A stretch of DNA of 64,000 nucleotides from a virus: the IMG/VR virus record IMGVR_UViG_3300047095_000292, positions 27,908 to 91,907 of that record; one strand, given 5' to 3'. A program made the translations under genes and the position numbers. Within the stretch, counting starts at the first letter, position 1. Each line of letters opens with the position of its first letter. The notes beneath the pieces are model-generated. The model saw only the letters and a program-made list of their open reading frames with translations. It did not search any database and was not told where the DNA came from. Positions 53,002 to 63,672 of the stretch are shown here, piece by piece.

Positions 53002-53078
53002 TGGTGCGTCCACTTGGATTTGAACCAAGGATCCATCGATTATGAGTCGATTGCTTTGACCAACTAAGCTATAGACGC
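53002..53078 (-). tRNA. tRNA with CAU anticodon, probably tRNA-Ile2
   Basis: Cloverleaf GCGTCTA.../TGGACGC-A-CCA; anticodon arm ATCGA-CTCATAA-TCGAT; T-loop GGTTCAAATCC. Confidence 0.9.
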
Positions 53079-53467
53079 AAAGTAATTACAATGGTACAGC
53101 AGCGTGCCCTATTCCCCAAGGGGCATACTTATTACGCTCAAGAGCACGCCAGTCAACACGCTTATGCGGTACAGTTCCACCCTTGCGTGTCTGGATAAAG
53201 GGAGGATCCATATCTACCAATGCACGTACAAAGCGTGATGGTTTAATTGCAGGTGTTCCAGCTGGAAAGCTCATTTACGTTCCTTTTTATAAGTGTTTTG
53301 TTTCTTCTTGCTCTTACGAATCTGACCATCCTTTAACTGGAATGGCTGATTTGCAGGATTATTTGGATGACTACGTGCAGGCTGTTCACTCATGTTGTCC
53401 AGTTAACCTTTTAATTAGTTTATTGAGTCTCCACCAGTATAGCATTGGAAACATTCTTCGCTTCCAT

Positions 53468-53695
53468 TCAGTAATATGTCTTGAGAAATCTACCGTCATA
53501 AAACTCCTTCTTCGGACGAACCCAAACTTTACCATTTGGAAGCGCACCATTCTTATTTGCCTCGACATACACTACAACATCCTCTTTAGTAGCCTCTAGA
53601 ATGCCATAGGCAAAGACCATGTAGTAGCTGCCTGTTTTAAGATGTTCTACTACATCGCCTAAACCAAACTCTAAACGTTCAGCGGCGATGGCCAT
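53468..53695 (-). CDS. DUF1653-like protein
   Basis: HLKTG.YY...E.VVVY...VWVRPKKEFYDGRF. Confidence 0.7.
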   Translation of the reverse strand: MAIAAERLEFGLGDVVEHLKTGSYYMVFAYGILEATKEDVVVYVEANKNGALPNGKVWVRPKKEFYDGRFLKTYY

Positions 53696-54147
53696 TATGT
53701 CTCCGTATGGACTTCTGTAGTGCTTATTGAGCCTGTTAGTGGAGTTGCACAGCTGTTATATTGACTTGGCTGCTGGACGCCTGCTGGCAGGTAACCATCT
53801 ATTTTCTTTGTAACTACAGGATTACGAAAGATTGTAGTTACAAGGCTGAGCACCATATCAGCGCGTTTATTAGCCTCCTCAAGACCCTTCTCTAGAAGCT
53901 TCACACGCAACTCACGTTCACGCAGTTCGATATCCGCTATCTTTTTATTAATTTCTACTTGTGAATCAAGTCGTGTATTAGCAAGATCTAGCTGATGTTT
54001 AAGATTTTGAGCGTCAGTGTATTGAGATTTCCACTTACTCTCAATATCTTTCAAACGCTTCAACTCTTCAAGCTCACTTAGAATCATTTCACCCGCGATT
54101 GCAGGGAGATTCTTTTTAATTGTATCAAGGATGTCTTGATTTATCAT
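53695..54147 (-). CDS. Hypothetical coiled-coil protein
   Basis: 150-aa ORF with SD. Confidence 0.6.
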   Translation of the reverse strand: MINQDILDTIKKNLPAIAGEMILSELEELKRLKDIESKWKSQYTDAQNLKHQLDLANTRLDSQVEINKKIADIELRERELRVKLLEKGLEEANKRADMVLSLVTTIFRNPVVTKKIDGYLPAGVQQPSQYNSCATPLTGSISTTEVHTET

Positions 54148-54301
54148 TTATATACCTCATGTCTTTGCGTAGGATCGAACTTAGAAGTCAATTCGTGTAA
54201 TTGTTTAGAACTGATTAATTGTCTACTATAAGCATTACATAGGATTCGACTAATCTCTCTGTTCCAAATACGATGCGTAAGTTTTAAAATAAATATCTTA
54301 A

Positions 54302-54790
54302 TCATACTCTGAAAAATTCTCCATGAAGCTCCTTTGCAGCGGCGTCATATGCTTCTTTAGCAAGTGAGGCTGTCTCAAACACGCCTAGCGCAATTTCTTT
54401 ACCGGCTACCATTATTCTAGCGCGCCATTTATTACGCTTCTTAGACACCCCCTTAAAGCCTGAAGTATTGTCGGCATGCATTTTCATATTACACATGTTT
54501 TGCATGTGTGTTGCAAGACGAAGATTCTCAATCGCATTGTGCCCGCGATCACCATCTATGTGATCTATTTCAGTCGCATCGCTAATCTCTCCAAAGTGCA
54601 TCTCATAAATAATTCGATGTGCACCGTAAGAGCGATCACCGACATCTACTCTGATGTAGCCATTATTCATTAGACCGCCTGCAAGCTCACCATTAAGAGC
54701 TCTACTTGACTTGCAGTCAGTCCAATATAAATAACCGTCTTTATATTCAAATATTGAGTTCCAATATTCTTTTCTATCAGTGTACATCAT
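54302..54790 (-). CDS. Free-standing HNH-AP2 endonuclease
   Basis: AHRIIY...IDHIDGDRGHNAIENLR, NTSGFKGVS. Confidence 0.9.
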   Translation of the reverse strand: MMYTDRKEYWNSIFEYKDGYLYWTDCKSSRALNGELAGGLMNNGYIRVDVGDRSYGAHRIIYEMHFGEISDATEIDHIDGDRGHNAIENLRLATHMQNMCNMKMHADNTSGFKGVSKKRNKWRARIMVAGKEIALGVFETASLAKEAYDAAAKELHGEFFRV

Positions 54791-56747
54791 ACCACGAATT
54801 TCCTATTTTTGCTTCTCCATCCATAATCTCTACTCCAAATAAACGAGGACCTTCTTTAAATGCCTCTTTTGAGAGCCTTGCAGCTTCCTCTGCGAATTCT
54901 TCAGGTACTATAAAGTCAATTTCGTCGTGCATGAATATACAAGGTTGATAAGGTATTTTAGCTTTATCAAGACCTTCGACAGTTAACATCAGGGCAGCAG
55001 AACACGTAGCTTTCTCTGCGGCCTGTAAGAGATAAACCAATAGCTTATGAAAACTATCGCAATAGATTCTATTACCCGCCAAACCAGGTATATAGCCATC
55101 TCCATACTGCTTTGTCTTTCCGTAGATATTGTCCAACTTAGTGAGTAAAGCATCAAAGCCAGGCACAGCTTTAGTAAATCCCAGCTTGAATTTCTTACCT
55201 TTCGTATCATCAATTTTGTCAAAGAGATAACTCCATAGTTTACCACCGGAGGCTCCAAATAGGAATGCGTATAGGATACGCTTAGCTCTGCCTCGCATTG
55301 CCTTAGCAATTGCCTGCTCAAGTGTAAGCAACTTCTTATCTGGCTCATTCGGATCGAATTCATCAGCCTTAACACCTGTTGTCAACAAATACTGAGACCA
55401 GCTTACTCCCATGTTTAAAAGGACTTTGTCAATAGCAATTGCATTGAAAGTATGAATATCACCATTAAGAAGTGTATGCGTAAATTCCTCTGATTTTAAA
55501 TAATGTGCAAGACCTCGTGCTTGATTACCAGCACTATCTGCGCCTATCAGTTTCCAGCCAGGCTTTGTGATAAACAACTTACGCATCTCTGGACCCCAAA
55601 CAGAATCTGCAGAGGGGACATTAACAATAATACTATGCCTTGCACGCATTGATGGTGTACCGATTGTCATACAGTCGCCATGTAGATTTCCATTAGCGTC
55701 TACATTTTCTAGCCATGTCTTAAGGATACCATGCCTGGATCTTGTAGTAAGAAAGTCACAATACATCTTTCCATCGCCGTGCATACATTCTAAAGAGTCC
55801 AGAGTGATTTTAGGTGAAGTCTGTACTTTGATAAATCTGCCAGGCTTCTTAGGATCTGGTTCATGCCTTACATTGTACTCAGTAGGCTGCCAATCATTCC
55901 TAAACAGAAACACTTTCATGTCAGCCACACTATCAATATCAAGGTCCTTAATTTCTACCCGAGAATATGATCCCTCTATAATTCTGTCTTCATCTTGACC
56001 TGAGAACTCGTCAATGCCAAACCAATTGGCGGTATGTGCAGCATATGCACCACTTTTTACCCACTTAGGTTCTTTAGGTAGTACAATTCCATTTTCTTTA
56101 TCTTTTGGTACAGCCTTCTTTCCAAGCACAGGCATGATCTTTGCCCTAGCAAGATTCAGCTCTACCTCCATTTTTTCAAATAATTCTTTTGCAGCAGGTA
56201 CATCAAATGGCCACCCATAGAGGCTTGCATCTGCACACCACTTAGCTACTGCATTTTCTGCTCGTAGATAATGCTTGATCTTTGGAGAAGTCTCTGATAG
56301 TTTTTTAAACTCTCGCATTACAACATCATGCACTTTATCTGTAACTTCTAAGTCTTGTTTCCAGTACTCAAGCATTGCTTCAGAGTACTTTGTCCAATCA
56401 CTAAATTGTCCTTTCGGACAGTTAAGGTACTCGCCCCACCTATCTAGTGAATGCCCTTCATTTCCGAATCTACGATAGTTTAATACTTGTGACAGTATTA
56501 GTGTATCATGCATACGTTGATCTGGTCTTGGACTATAGTTGAATAGCTTTTTTAATACTGCAAAGTCATAGCTGATCTCGTTATGGCCAATAAATACCGT
56601 CACCTTCTCGAACTCTTCCTTCCAACCAAGATCACCATTTAGCCAGTATTTCACCTCACCTGTATCCTTGTTCTTAAATCCAATGATCCAGCAGGTTGTC
56701 ACTGTTGCTAGTAATCCATCTGATTCTATGTCGAAGACTGCTCTCAT
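54777..56747 (-). CDS. Family A DNA polymerase with 3'-5' exonuclease
   Basis: Exo DIESDG, GHN...YD, YWKQD; motif A GADSAGNQAR, motif B RAKRILYAFLFG, motif C MHDE. Confidence 0.95.
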   Translation of the reverse strand: MRAVFDIESDGLLATVTTCWIIGFKNKDTGEVKYWLNGDLGWKEEFEKVTVFIGHNEISYDFAVLKKLFNYSPRPDQRMHDTLILSQVLNYRRFGNEGHSLDRWGEYLNCPKGQFSDWTKYSEAMLEYWKQDLEVTDKVHDVVMREFKKLSETSPKIKHYLRAENAVAKWCADASLYGWPFDVPAAKELFEKMEVELNLARAKIMPVLGKKAVPKDKENGIVLPKEPKWVKSGAYAAHTANWFGIDEFSGQDEDRIIEGSYSRVEIKDLDIDSVADMKVFLFRNDWQPTEYNVRHEPDPKKPGRFIKVQTSPKITLDSLECMHGDGKMYCDFLTTRSRHGILKTWLENVDANGNLHGDCMTIGTPSMRARHSIIVNVPSADSVWGPEMRKLFITKPGWKLIGADSAGNQARGLAHYLKSEEFTHTLLNGDIHTFNAIAIDKVLLNMGVSWSQYLLTTGVKADEFDPNEPDKKLLTLEQAIAKAMRGRAKRILYAFLFGASGGKLWSYLFDKIDDTKGKKFKLGFTKAVPGFDALLTKLDNIYGKTKQYGDGYIPGLAGNRIYCDSFHKLLVYLLQAAEKATCSAALMLTVEGLDKAKIPYQPCIFMHDEIDFIVPEEFAEEAARLSKEAFKEGPRLFGVEIMDGEAKIGNSWYDVH

Positions 56748-57256
56748 AGCGGCCTCACTATTTCAGGCATTGGCTGTTCTGTAAAATCAACACAAAGACC
56801 ATACGGCTTATTTGACCATAGAAAAATATTATCAATCTCACAAGGTGCTCTGTCATATACAACACGCGGTAATACTGGAACTGTCCTTGGTACGTTACTC
56901 AGCCCTTCTAAAGTCCCAGTTGCTGCGATATGATTTACCGGTTTGCCCTTATAAATCGAATTATTAATTTGTGTATTATTCTTCAAATGTCCACCATAGA
57001 TAAACACATAAAAATCTAATGGAGTCTTAAAGTCTAAACCATAACTAACCCAGGGATACCACTTCCCATTTACAAAGTCTCGTATCTTGTAGACCTCTGT
57101 AACATTATTAGTTTCAAAGTGTTCTGCATTAACCTTCAGCACACGTTTTCCATCTGAGTATAACCTACACCATATCCGATCCTCTGTGATATTATATATA
57201 GTAGAGGATCTTGTAAATCTAAAATCTATGGATTTTTCACCTACTAAGAATTGCAT
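56744..57256 (-). CDS. Hypothetical protein
   Basis: ATGA overlap with the polymerase gene; SD AGGAGG. Confidence 0.6.
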   Translation of the reverse strand: MQFLVGEKSIDFRFTRSSTIYNITEDRIWCRLYSDGKRVLKVNAEHFETNNVTEVYKIRDFVNGKWYPWVSYGLDFKTPLDFYVFIYGGHLKNNTQINNSIYKGKPVNHIAATGTLEGLSNVPRTVPVLPRVVYDRAPCEIDNIFLWSNKPYGLCVDFTEQPMPEIVRPL

Positions 57257-57306
57257 CTAATCCTCCTTAGGGGATAGCCAATGCCATCCCCTTATTCTCC
57301 TGCCGC

Positions 57307-58044
57307 CTATACTTGAGAATGTATTAATTTAACCATGTCATCTAACAGCTTTGTATGCGCCTTATCACGATCATCATTCAACTTACCGTGCAGCTCAGTA
57401 TCTAAGATAATCGCACAGCCAGCCATTAGATGCGCCAGATGATGCACCTTACTATCACTTGCGTAATCTTCACCACAGTACCAATCAATCAGATGCCGCA
57501 GCATGGCATTGAAGAATACTGAGCTAGTAGAACCGGCTTCACGCCAGTTATATCGCTCATACTTATCTTCACCATTCTGCATTGCCTTACCAAGGGCTAC
57601 CAGAGCAACCATTGGAATAGCCTGAAATGTAGGCTTACCTGCCGCTGCTGCTGTTTTTAGATTCTTATCAGCAAGCTTATACGCAGCTTCCTTGCTAGTA
57701 ACGGCATGAAGTCCTTCTGTATGCATATGAATACCGGTCTCTTTTTCGTTAAAAGGATCCCAGGATTGCTTACATACAGGACAACCCTTTTCAGTGATTA
57801 CTTTACGAATGATACCTTTTGTTTCAGCATCTGACCACTGTGAGGTACGACATGCGGTCTCATACCATTCCTCAAGGTCTAACCTATCACGTGCTACATG
57901 ACAGACCTTATGGGTCATATTATCAGTGATGTAGACAATCCACATAGCATCTGTATCGTTAAGCTGTGCAAATACTTCTTCAATACGTGTACAGATATCC
58001 TTACGTTTTCCTGTACGATCATGTATCTCATATGTATATCTCAT
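57307..58044 (-). CDS. DUF5664-type dATP/dGTP diphosphohydrolase domain protein
   Basis: GKP...IP...AMQNGEDKYERYNW...MLRHL...HHLAHL. Confidence 0.75.
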   Translation of the reverse strand: MRYTYEIHDRTGKRKDICTRIEEVFAQLNDTDAMWIVYITDNMTHKVCHVARDRLDLEEWYETACRTSQWSDAETKGIIRKVITEKGCPVCKQSWDPFNEKETGIHMHTEGLHAVTSKEAAYKLADKNLKTAAAAGKPTFQAIPMVALVALGKAMQNGEDKYERYNWREAGSTSSVFFNAMLRHLIDWYCGEDYASDSKVHHLAHLMAGCAIILDTELHGKLNDDRDKAHTKLLDDMVKLIHSQV

Positions 58045-58286
58045 TCAATACTCCCATGATCAAACTCAGCTTGAGCAGTTGCAGGGTTTACATACTTACG
58101 ATATACTTCATGTTTCACAGATTCCAATGTACCAATAGCCTCCTGTAATTTCTTAGGGTCATTCCTAGAATACTGCAAGACTAGCTGAATGACAGCGTAA
58201 GCTAACTCACGGCTGTCATCCAACTTACAGTTCCCTATAGGACTAGATTCAATCGTAGCCCTTGTATTTTTAGGGACGTATGGCAT
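58041..58286 (-). CDS. Hypothetical protein (MPY...GTLESVKHEVYRK...)
   Basis: Packed ORF. Confidence 0.6.
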   Translation of the reverse strand: MPYVPKNTRATIESSPIGNCKLDDSRELAYAVIQLVLQYSRNDPKKLQEAIGTLESVKHEVYRKYVNPATAQAEFDHGSIE

Positions 58287-58847
58287 TTAAAACTCGTCAT
58301 CACCATGCGTTGTGGGGGGAGTACTCTCTTCTTCGGGAAGGATTGTTTCAGTGTCGAACTCTTCTTCAAAGTCCTCCATTGGGCTTGCAGTATACACTAC
58401 ATGCTTGACTACCTGTAAGGCCATAAGCGTATTAGCAGTCTTCTTGATACCCTTCAGTTCATACTCACGCTGATAGATACGGATATTACAGACTGTACCA
58501 TTACCTAGTGTAGTAGGGTCAACAGGCTCACCCCTACCGTTGGTAACAGCAGGTGCTTCATTTGGAACATCAGGCTTTCCAGGCTCACGCTTAACAGCCT
58601 TACGACTCAGATTAGTCTTATAATAAAGGATCTTGCTTTCTTCATCATCTTTATCTTCACGTACAGCCTTCAGGACAACGCCAATGTTGGCAAGCTCTGC
58701 CTTCTGTTCCTTAGATGTAGTACGGATTTGTACTTCCCACTGTTTAGGCTTAGGTGTGCCGTCATCGTTTGTTGGAGTAACAGGTTTAACAGGATGTGCT
58801 GGATCAAGCTTTGCCCACCATACTTCAACATTTTTAATAATTGCCAT
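58287..58847 (-). CDS. T7 gp2.5-like single-stranded DNA-binding protein
   Basis: WAKL...LGNGT...LMALQV; acidic tail ending in Phe; in the replication module. Confidence 0.75.
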   Translation of the reverse strand: MAIIKNVEVWWAKLDPAHPVKPVTPTNDDGTPKPKQWEVQIRTTSKEQKAELANIGVVLKAVREDKDDEESKILYYKTNLSRKAVKREPGKPDVPNEAPAVTNGRGEPVDPTTLGNGTVCNIRIYQREYELKGIKKTANTLMALQVVKHVVYTASPMEDFEEEFDTETILPEEESTPPTTHGDDEF

Positions 58848-58896
58848 TTATAGTCTCTCTATTTAAAAATAAAACCCTCAGTGAAGAGGGCAGTGA

Positions 58897-58920
58897 TGAA
58901 TCATTAATTTAGCAGGGTCG
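58897..58920 (-). promoter_or_regulatory. Candidate phage RNAP promoter for the replication module, followed by a short hairpin and U tract (58864-58891)
   Basis: CGACCCTGCTAAATTAATGATTCA, then CCCTC-TTCACT-GAGGG-TTTTATTTTT. Confidence 0.55.
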
Positions 58921-58928
58921 CCCCTTTA

Positions 58929-60315
58929 CTAGATCTTATTAATTTGAGCCTCGATACTGTTAAGTTCTTCTTGCAGTTTCGCCTTATGGTGCTCTAATGA
59001 TGCTAGAAGTACTGTTGGGTCAGGGTCTGCTGACTTGATAGCGTCATAGTCAATAACACGAATATCTAAGGGCCGCTTAATAAACTTAAGAGTATCATTA
59101 TAGACCTCACCCTGAACCATCTCAAACTGATACAGCGATTCTAGCAGCTCAATTGGAAGAATAAATCCCGTATTATAATCTGCCTTAATATATAGACACT
59201 TCATTTTATTTCCTGTGTTAGAAATCTGAGTAATAAGATCGTAGTAGGACATTCCTTCACATTCAAAGAATTTCTTATAACTTTCCTGAGTAGTGGCTGC
59301 GCAAGTATAGGGCATTAGTTATTTTCCCTAAAGGTGTCATCCCATTCTTTCCCAGTGATGCCAGTCATAATAAACTCACGCTCATCTGCTGTCAAATTAG
59401 GCATAGCCCTCTGGATCAGTGTACCACTTTGCCAATCCTCCAATTGCGCATCGCTAACATCAATTTCCATTGTGTTAGTTTTACCGCTGAAAGGGCTCTT
59501 TCGTGTAATAAGCATTATATAATTCCTTTAGGTGAGATTACACTTCCATTAATAAGAAATGCTATGTCTTGATTAGTAGCTCTTGGGAGGCAAAGCGCAG
59601 CATCTTTAGAGGCTAAATAAAACTTATTTAATTCCTCATGAGTAACATCAACAGAGCGTGTGTGTATATCCCAATCAAAACTACTAGGATTAAAGAATTG
59701 GCGTCTAATAAGCATTAGAAACCTCCTGTTAACGTAATAGTTAAGTTCTCATAATCAGCCCTAAACTTCAAAGACCGCATCACCATTTCCATTATACCAT
59801 CGTAGAAGTCTTTTTCATTTCGATAGGTGATCATTGCAATGTTCCCAGAAGTGTTCCGTCTGTTGTACCGACGCTATTACATTATCAGTCCAAAGATTCT
59901 GAGGGATATAATATACAGGGCCACCTGCGTTATTCCAACACAGAAGAAACATAATAAACCTAGGCTCTCCTTGAATATAACAGCAAGAGTCACCCTCCAA
60001 TGGCATATCTGTCATATTAGGCCAACGCCCATCATGTGTATCTGGAAAGGTCATATCACAGCCTTCTACTTGCTTTAGATCTTCCAATGTTTCACAGACA
60101 TAAACATTACCACCTAAATAACTACTGTAGTCAATTACACTAGTCTCTGGATGACTATATAGAACATCTATTGCTGATACAGTGATATCTACTGCTTCTT
60201 CGTAGTCATCCATATTACTGAGCAGCACAGATGCCTGTTCTTGCAAAAGATTTAAAGGAAGTTTACCTGCCTTAAACATATCATACGCTTGCTTAAAGTT
60301 CCTTATTTCTATCAT
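58929..60315 (-). CDS. Hypothetical genes 58929-59315, 59315-59515, 59515-59715, 59815-60315; the two 66-aa genes look like paralogues
   Basis: MLITR...IDVSDAQL...AMPNLTADEREFIMTG vs MLIRR...VDVTHEEL...CLPRATNQDIAFLING. Confidence 0.55.
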
Positions 60316-61411
60316 TAAAAAACTCCATAACCTTTCTCTTTAGCTCAGGATCCCTTGTAGATACTACAAGAGGTTTCTTGTAGATACCAATCTTAAATCG
60401 CCAATCTAAATACCGATCGTATAATAACACAGTAGGCTTATCAAGTGCAAGCGCAAGATGTGCAAAAGCTGTATCTACCGTTATTACACCATCCATTGGT
60501 CCCAGATAACTAGCAGTATCAAGGAAGCATGTAATACCCTTTGTTACATCAGTGCCTATCTTCTCTTTACCACCCATTTGGAAGTTATACATCTCATACA
60601 CATCAAGAAATTTCTTAAACGCAGAAATTGGGACTAATCGTTCTTTATGTGCATTACCTTTGCCACTTGTGCTATATACGAAAGCGATATTAGGCCTCTT
60701 AGAGAACTGAATCTCTGCAGGTACGTCTCCTGTGTACTTAGATAGCTCAGGAAATTTCCCAAACTTTTCTACATACATACAGAATAAGTCACCTGTAGAT
60801 GTTACGTAATCATAGTGTTCCTGTAGATACACATCCGAGTTATCATAATTTAGTTCATCCTCAATGTACATTTCAAATTCTGGAGGATAATTGTGCCTGA
60901 ACAACAGACCAAGCTCACCTCTAGAGTATATGAAGATACGTTTACAGCCAGCCTCTGGTAAGTACTTATAGACATGTGAGAACATCAGGTCGTCCCCAAA
61001 GCCTTGCTCACCTATTACAAAGACCCTCTTATCTTTAAGCTGATCCCATGATTTTAGATAAGCAATAGCCCTGTGCATACCTGTATATTGATCAAATGCC
61101 GGTTCGCTCGTGTACCACCGATAGTCATACTCCTTAAAACCGGAGATGTCACCTTTATTAAGTTTGTTAATACCTAACAGATTTCTTAGTTTAAAGTCCT
61201 CCTTAAACTTTAGGTATTGAGTAGCATACTCGGTAGATTCGTCATACTCACCCACTAGATAATAATTATTAGCTAGATGTTTTATACAGTCAAGCGTTGT
61301 ACTCTCCCCAAGGTTCTGGGAAAGTGCAATCTTTAAGTATTTAATTGCCTCACGAAGATTACCCTTCTTTTCTAATTTAAATATTTTTACAAGTATTGGA
61401 ATTTTGTTCAT
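60293..61411 (-). CDS. TPR-repeat protein with a GT-B (GT9-like) glycosyltransferase domain
   Basis: TPR-like N-terminus; GFKEYDYRW, EQGFGDDLMF, VITVDTAFAHLALALDKP. Confidence 0.8.
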   Translation of the reverse strand: MNKIPILVKIFKLEKKGNLREAIKYLKIALSQNLGESTTLDCIKHLANNYYLVGEYDESTEYATQYLKFKEDFKLRNLLGINKLNKGDISGFKEYDYRWYTSEPAFDQYTGMHRAIAYLKSWDQLKDKRVFVIGEQGFGDDLMFSHVYKYLPEAGCKRIFIYSRGELGLLFRHNYPPEFEMYIEDELNYDNSDVYLQEHYDYVTSTGDLFCMYVEKFGKFPELSKYTGDVPAEIQFSKRPNIAFVYSTSGKGNAHKERLVPISAFKKFLDVYEMYNFQMGGKEKIGTDVTKGITCFLDTASYLGPMDGVITVDTAFAHLALALDKPTVLLYDRYLDWRFKIGIYKKPLVVSTRDPELKRKVMEFFNDRNKEL

Positions 61412-63672
61412 GCAAATGCATACTCCGAATCTAGAATTAGTGTTATGTCAAGACTACCAAGCTCTACATTGCTAATATCGCCCTCGATATCTATCATAAT
61501 TGAACTCAAAGGATCTGCCTTGTATAGCTCTACAAATGTCTCTCGAATGATGATGAAGAGGTCAGCCATATCTCCAAGCAAGCACCCAAATGAATCATGA
61601 ATGGTGGTAACAGGGAAATCGGCTCTATGAACAGCAAGCATTAGGTGTGCAGCGTCAAGACTATGAATAGCATTTGGTGAAGCTCCCTGAGATTGTTTCT
61701 TTTTGCTATGCTTTGTATGTTCTAGAAAACATATCTTTAGTTGCAATGTGTTCTCAAAACACCCATGACTGTTTCGTTCACCAATAGGTGGTCCGTACTG
61801 TACATTAAGCATCTTTACAATGCCCTCTGTATAATGTTGGACTACAGGAAAATCTGTGATTGGGACAGTCCATGCAAGAAACTCATCACGCGCCTCCGCC
61901 TTCTTTCCAGCTTCCTCGAATACTGAAAGTAGCTGCATAGGCCTACGTAATGAGACACGACAGTCATCATATACTTCACGACCCATGTATGAACCCCAGG
62001 CATGCTCCATAGAGAACAGTTGATCAATGCCATGTTTACGTGCATCATCAATAACTTGCTGTCCAAGGCCATATGCAGTACCGCCATAGGGCAATGTCAT
62101 TACATTTCTCTTACAGATCTTTCTCTTATGTTTTGCATCAGTGATACGATTCCAATATACACATGCTGACTTCTTAAGAAGGCCCTCATGATGTTTCTTG
62201 TAATCGATAATTTCAGATATTAACTCTTTACGTCTGTCTGATTTTAGAGGTGCCTCATTGATTTGATGCTTTAGATCTGAAATATTGTCAATGAACTTTT
62301 CACATTCTTTTATCTCATTCTTAGATAGCTTAGATACTTCTTCTTCGATCCTGAGCCAGACATGGTCAGCAACATACTTATATAAATCGCCAGGAAGATC
62401 AAGTGGTACCAGATTGACGTGTGGCGCAGTAATCTCATCGCGAGTTAATGCTGATAAGTGTTGGGAACCATTGTTTGAGCCATCAATATAACATTCAATA
62501 CTGCTCTGATAATCGTACTCATTCAGCTGTCCGTCATTTATTGCAATACTGTAGATCAATTGCCAATCACGCAATTTCTTTAATTCAAAGCATGCAGCTA
62601 GAAATTGCCATGGTTTATCAGCATGCATCCATCCCTGATTAATCTTCGGAGATAACGCATAGGACAAGATGATTTCCTCATTATCTAGAACCCAATAGAC
62701 CCTGTCATTGAGAGGGATCTTATCTGTCTTATAACCATCATCTCGCCCTGCATCTCCGGCCCAATTAGAGGCAATGGAGATAAGCAACCAAAAATAACCC
62801 TGTTCTCCGATAGATTTTTTATCTGCACGTAGCAGTAATCCTTTTGCAAGATCAGTTCCCTGCTCATTAAGATATGCTGTTGATGGGTACTTCCTTCCCC
62901 TAAAGTCGTACGTGTATAAGTGATAAAAGGTCTTTCCAATAAATCTTTTGGCGATTGATCCAATTGCCTTAGCCTCTCTTATCTTACTTTGTTTTGCTTC
63001 AGGATTGTGCATCTCCCAGATGTCAGCAAAGGCCTCTGTTTTGTTCCGCAATGCCCATGTGTAGATAGGATAAATATCCTCGTTAATCTGCCATCCAACA
63101 GCTTGTGCCTTATTCAGACAGTCGAATACAATAGGATGTGTTTCAGGTGTAAGCTTACGTAAAACCTCTTTGTTAGATGTCTTTACCATGGCTCGCCCAC
63201 TGTCACTATGAGATGATGTCCAGGGGCTGTATGGAGTTTCGCTTGGAAGTTTCTCAGTCTTATCATTCGAGATACTATCCCACAATAGACTAAGCTTATC
63301 TTCCTCTAAGATCTCCACAGTATATGTTGCATGATGATTGGTAGCCTTGCCTAATACTACATGGAGTAACCCTACTACCTCGAAAGTGTAAAGTATGAAT
63401 GCCCCCGCCTTTGCTGCAGCACCACTATCACGCTTTAGCTTATGTACGTTACGAATACCATGACCTATGGCTGAAATTACCTCAGTCATGAGTGTTATCT
63501 TCTTTGATGCCCCTCTGCCTGCCCTGGTGTATAAGTAGATTACTGAGATTGCTAAATCAATCATCTCAGCACAATCAAGATCCTTTATAAACTTAACTGG
63601 ATTTTGTGGTGCAATGTCAGAGGCAATACGTTGTGTTAAGGAAGCAATTAATTTTTGTTTTGTGCTTTCCAT
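61408..63672 (-). CDS. T7-like single-subunit DNA-directed RNA polymerase (754 aa, no introns)
   Basis: DFRGRKY, DGSNNGSQH, RKICKRNVMTLPYG, PNAIHSLD, IHDSF. Confidence 0.96.
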   Translation of the reverse strand: MESTKQKLIASLTQRIASDIAPQNPVKFIKDLDCAEMIDLAISVIYLYTRAGRGASKKITLMTEVISAIGHGIRNVHKLKRDSGAAAKAGAFILYTFEVVGLLHVVLGKATNHHATYTVEILEEDKLSLLWDSISNDKTEKLPSETPYSPWTSSHSDSGRAMVKTSNKEVLRKLTPETHPIVFDCLNKAQAVGWQINEDIYPIYTWALRNKTEAFADIWEMHNPEAKQSKIREAKAIGSIAKRFIGKTFYHLYTYDFRGRKYPSTAYLNEQGTDLAKGLLLRADKKSIGEQGYFWLLISIASNWAGDAGRDDGYKTDKIPLNDRVYWVLDNEEIILSYALSPKINQGWMHADKPWQFLAACFELKKLRDWQLIYSIAINDGQLNEYDYQSSIECYIDGSNNGSQHLSALTRDEITAPHVNLVPLDLPGDLYKYVADHVWLRIEEEVSKLSKNEIKECEKFIDNISDLKHQINEAPLKSDRRKELISEIIDYKKHHEGLLKKSACVYWNRITDAKHKRKICKRNVMTLPYGGTAYGLGQQVIDDARKHGIDQLFSMEHAWGSYMGREVYDDCRVSLRRPMQLLSVFEEAGKKAEARDEFLAWTVPITDFPVVQHYTEGIVKMLNVQYGPPIGERNSHGCFENTLQLKICFLEHTKHSKKKQSQGASPNAIHSLDAAHLMLAVHRADFPVTTIHDSFGCLLGDMADLFIIIRETFVELYKADPLSSIMIDIEGDISNVELGSLDITLILDSEYAFA

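Noticed and set aside
54777-58044. 2-aminoadenine (Z) genome pathway
   Set aside because: A DUF5664-type gene alone is not sufficient; no PurZ-like gene is in this window, though the rest of the genome is unseen.
3015-62642. Plus-strand ORFs in the track
   Set aside because: Almost all are antisense shadows of well-supported minus-strand genes, and none shows a recognisable motif.
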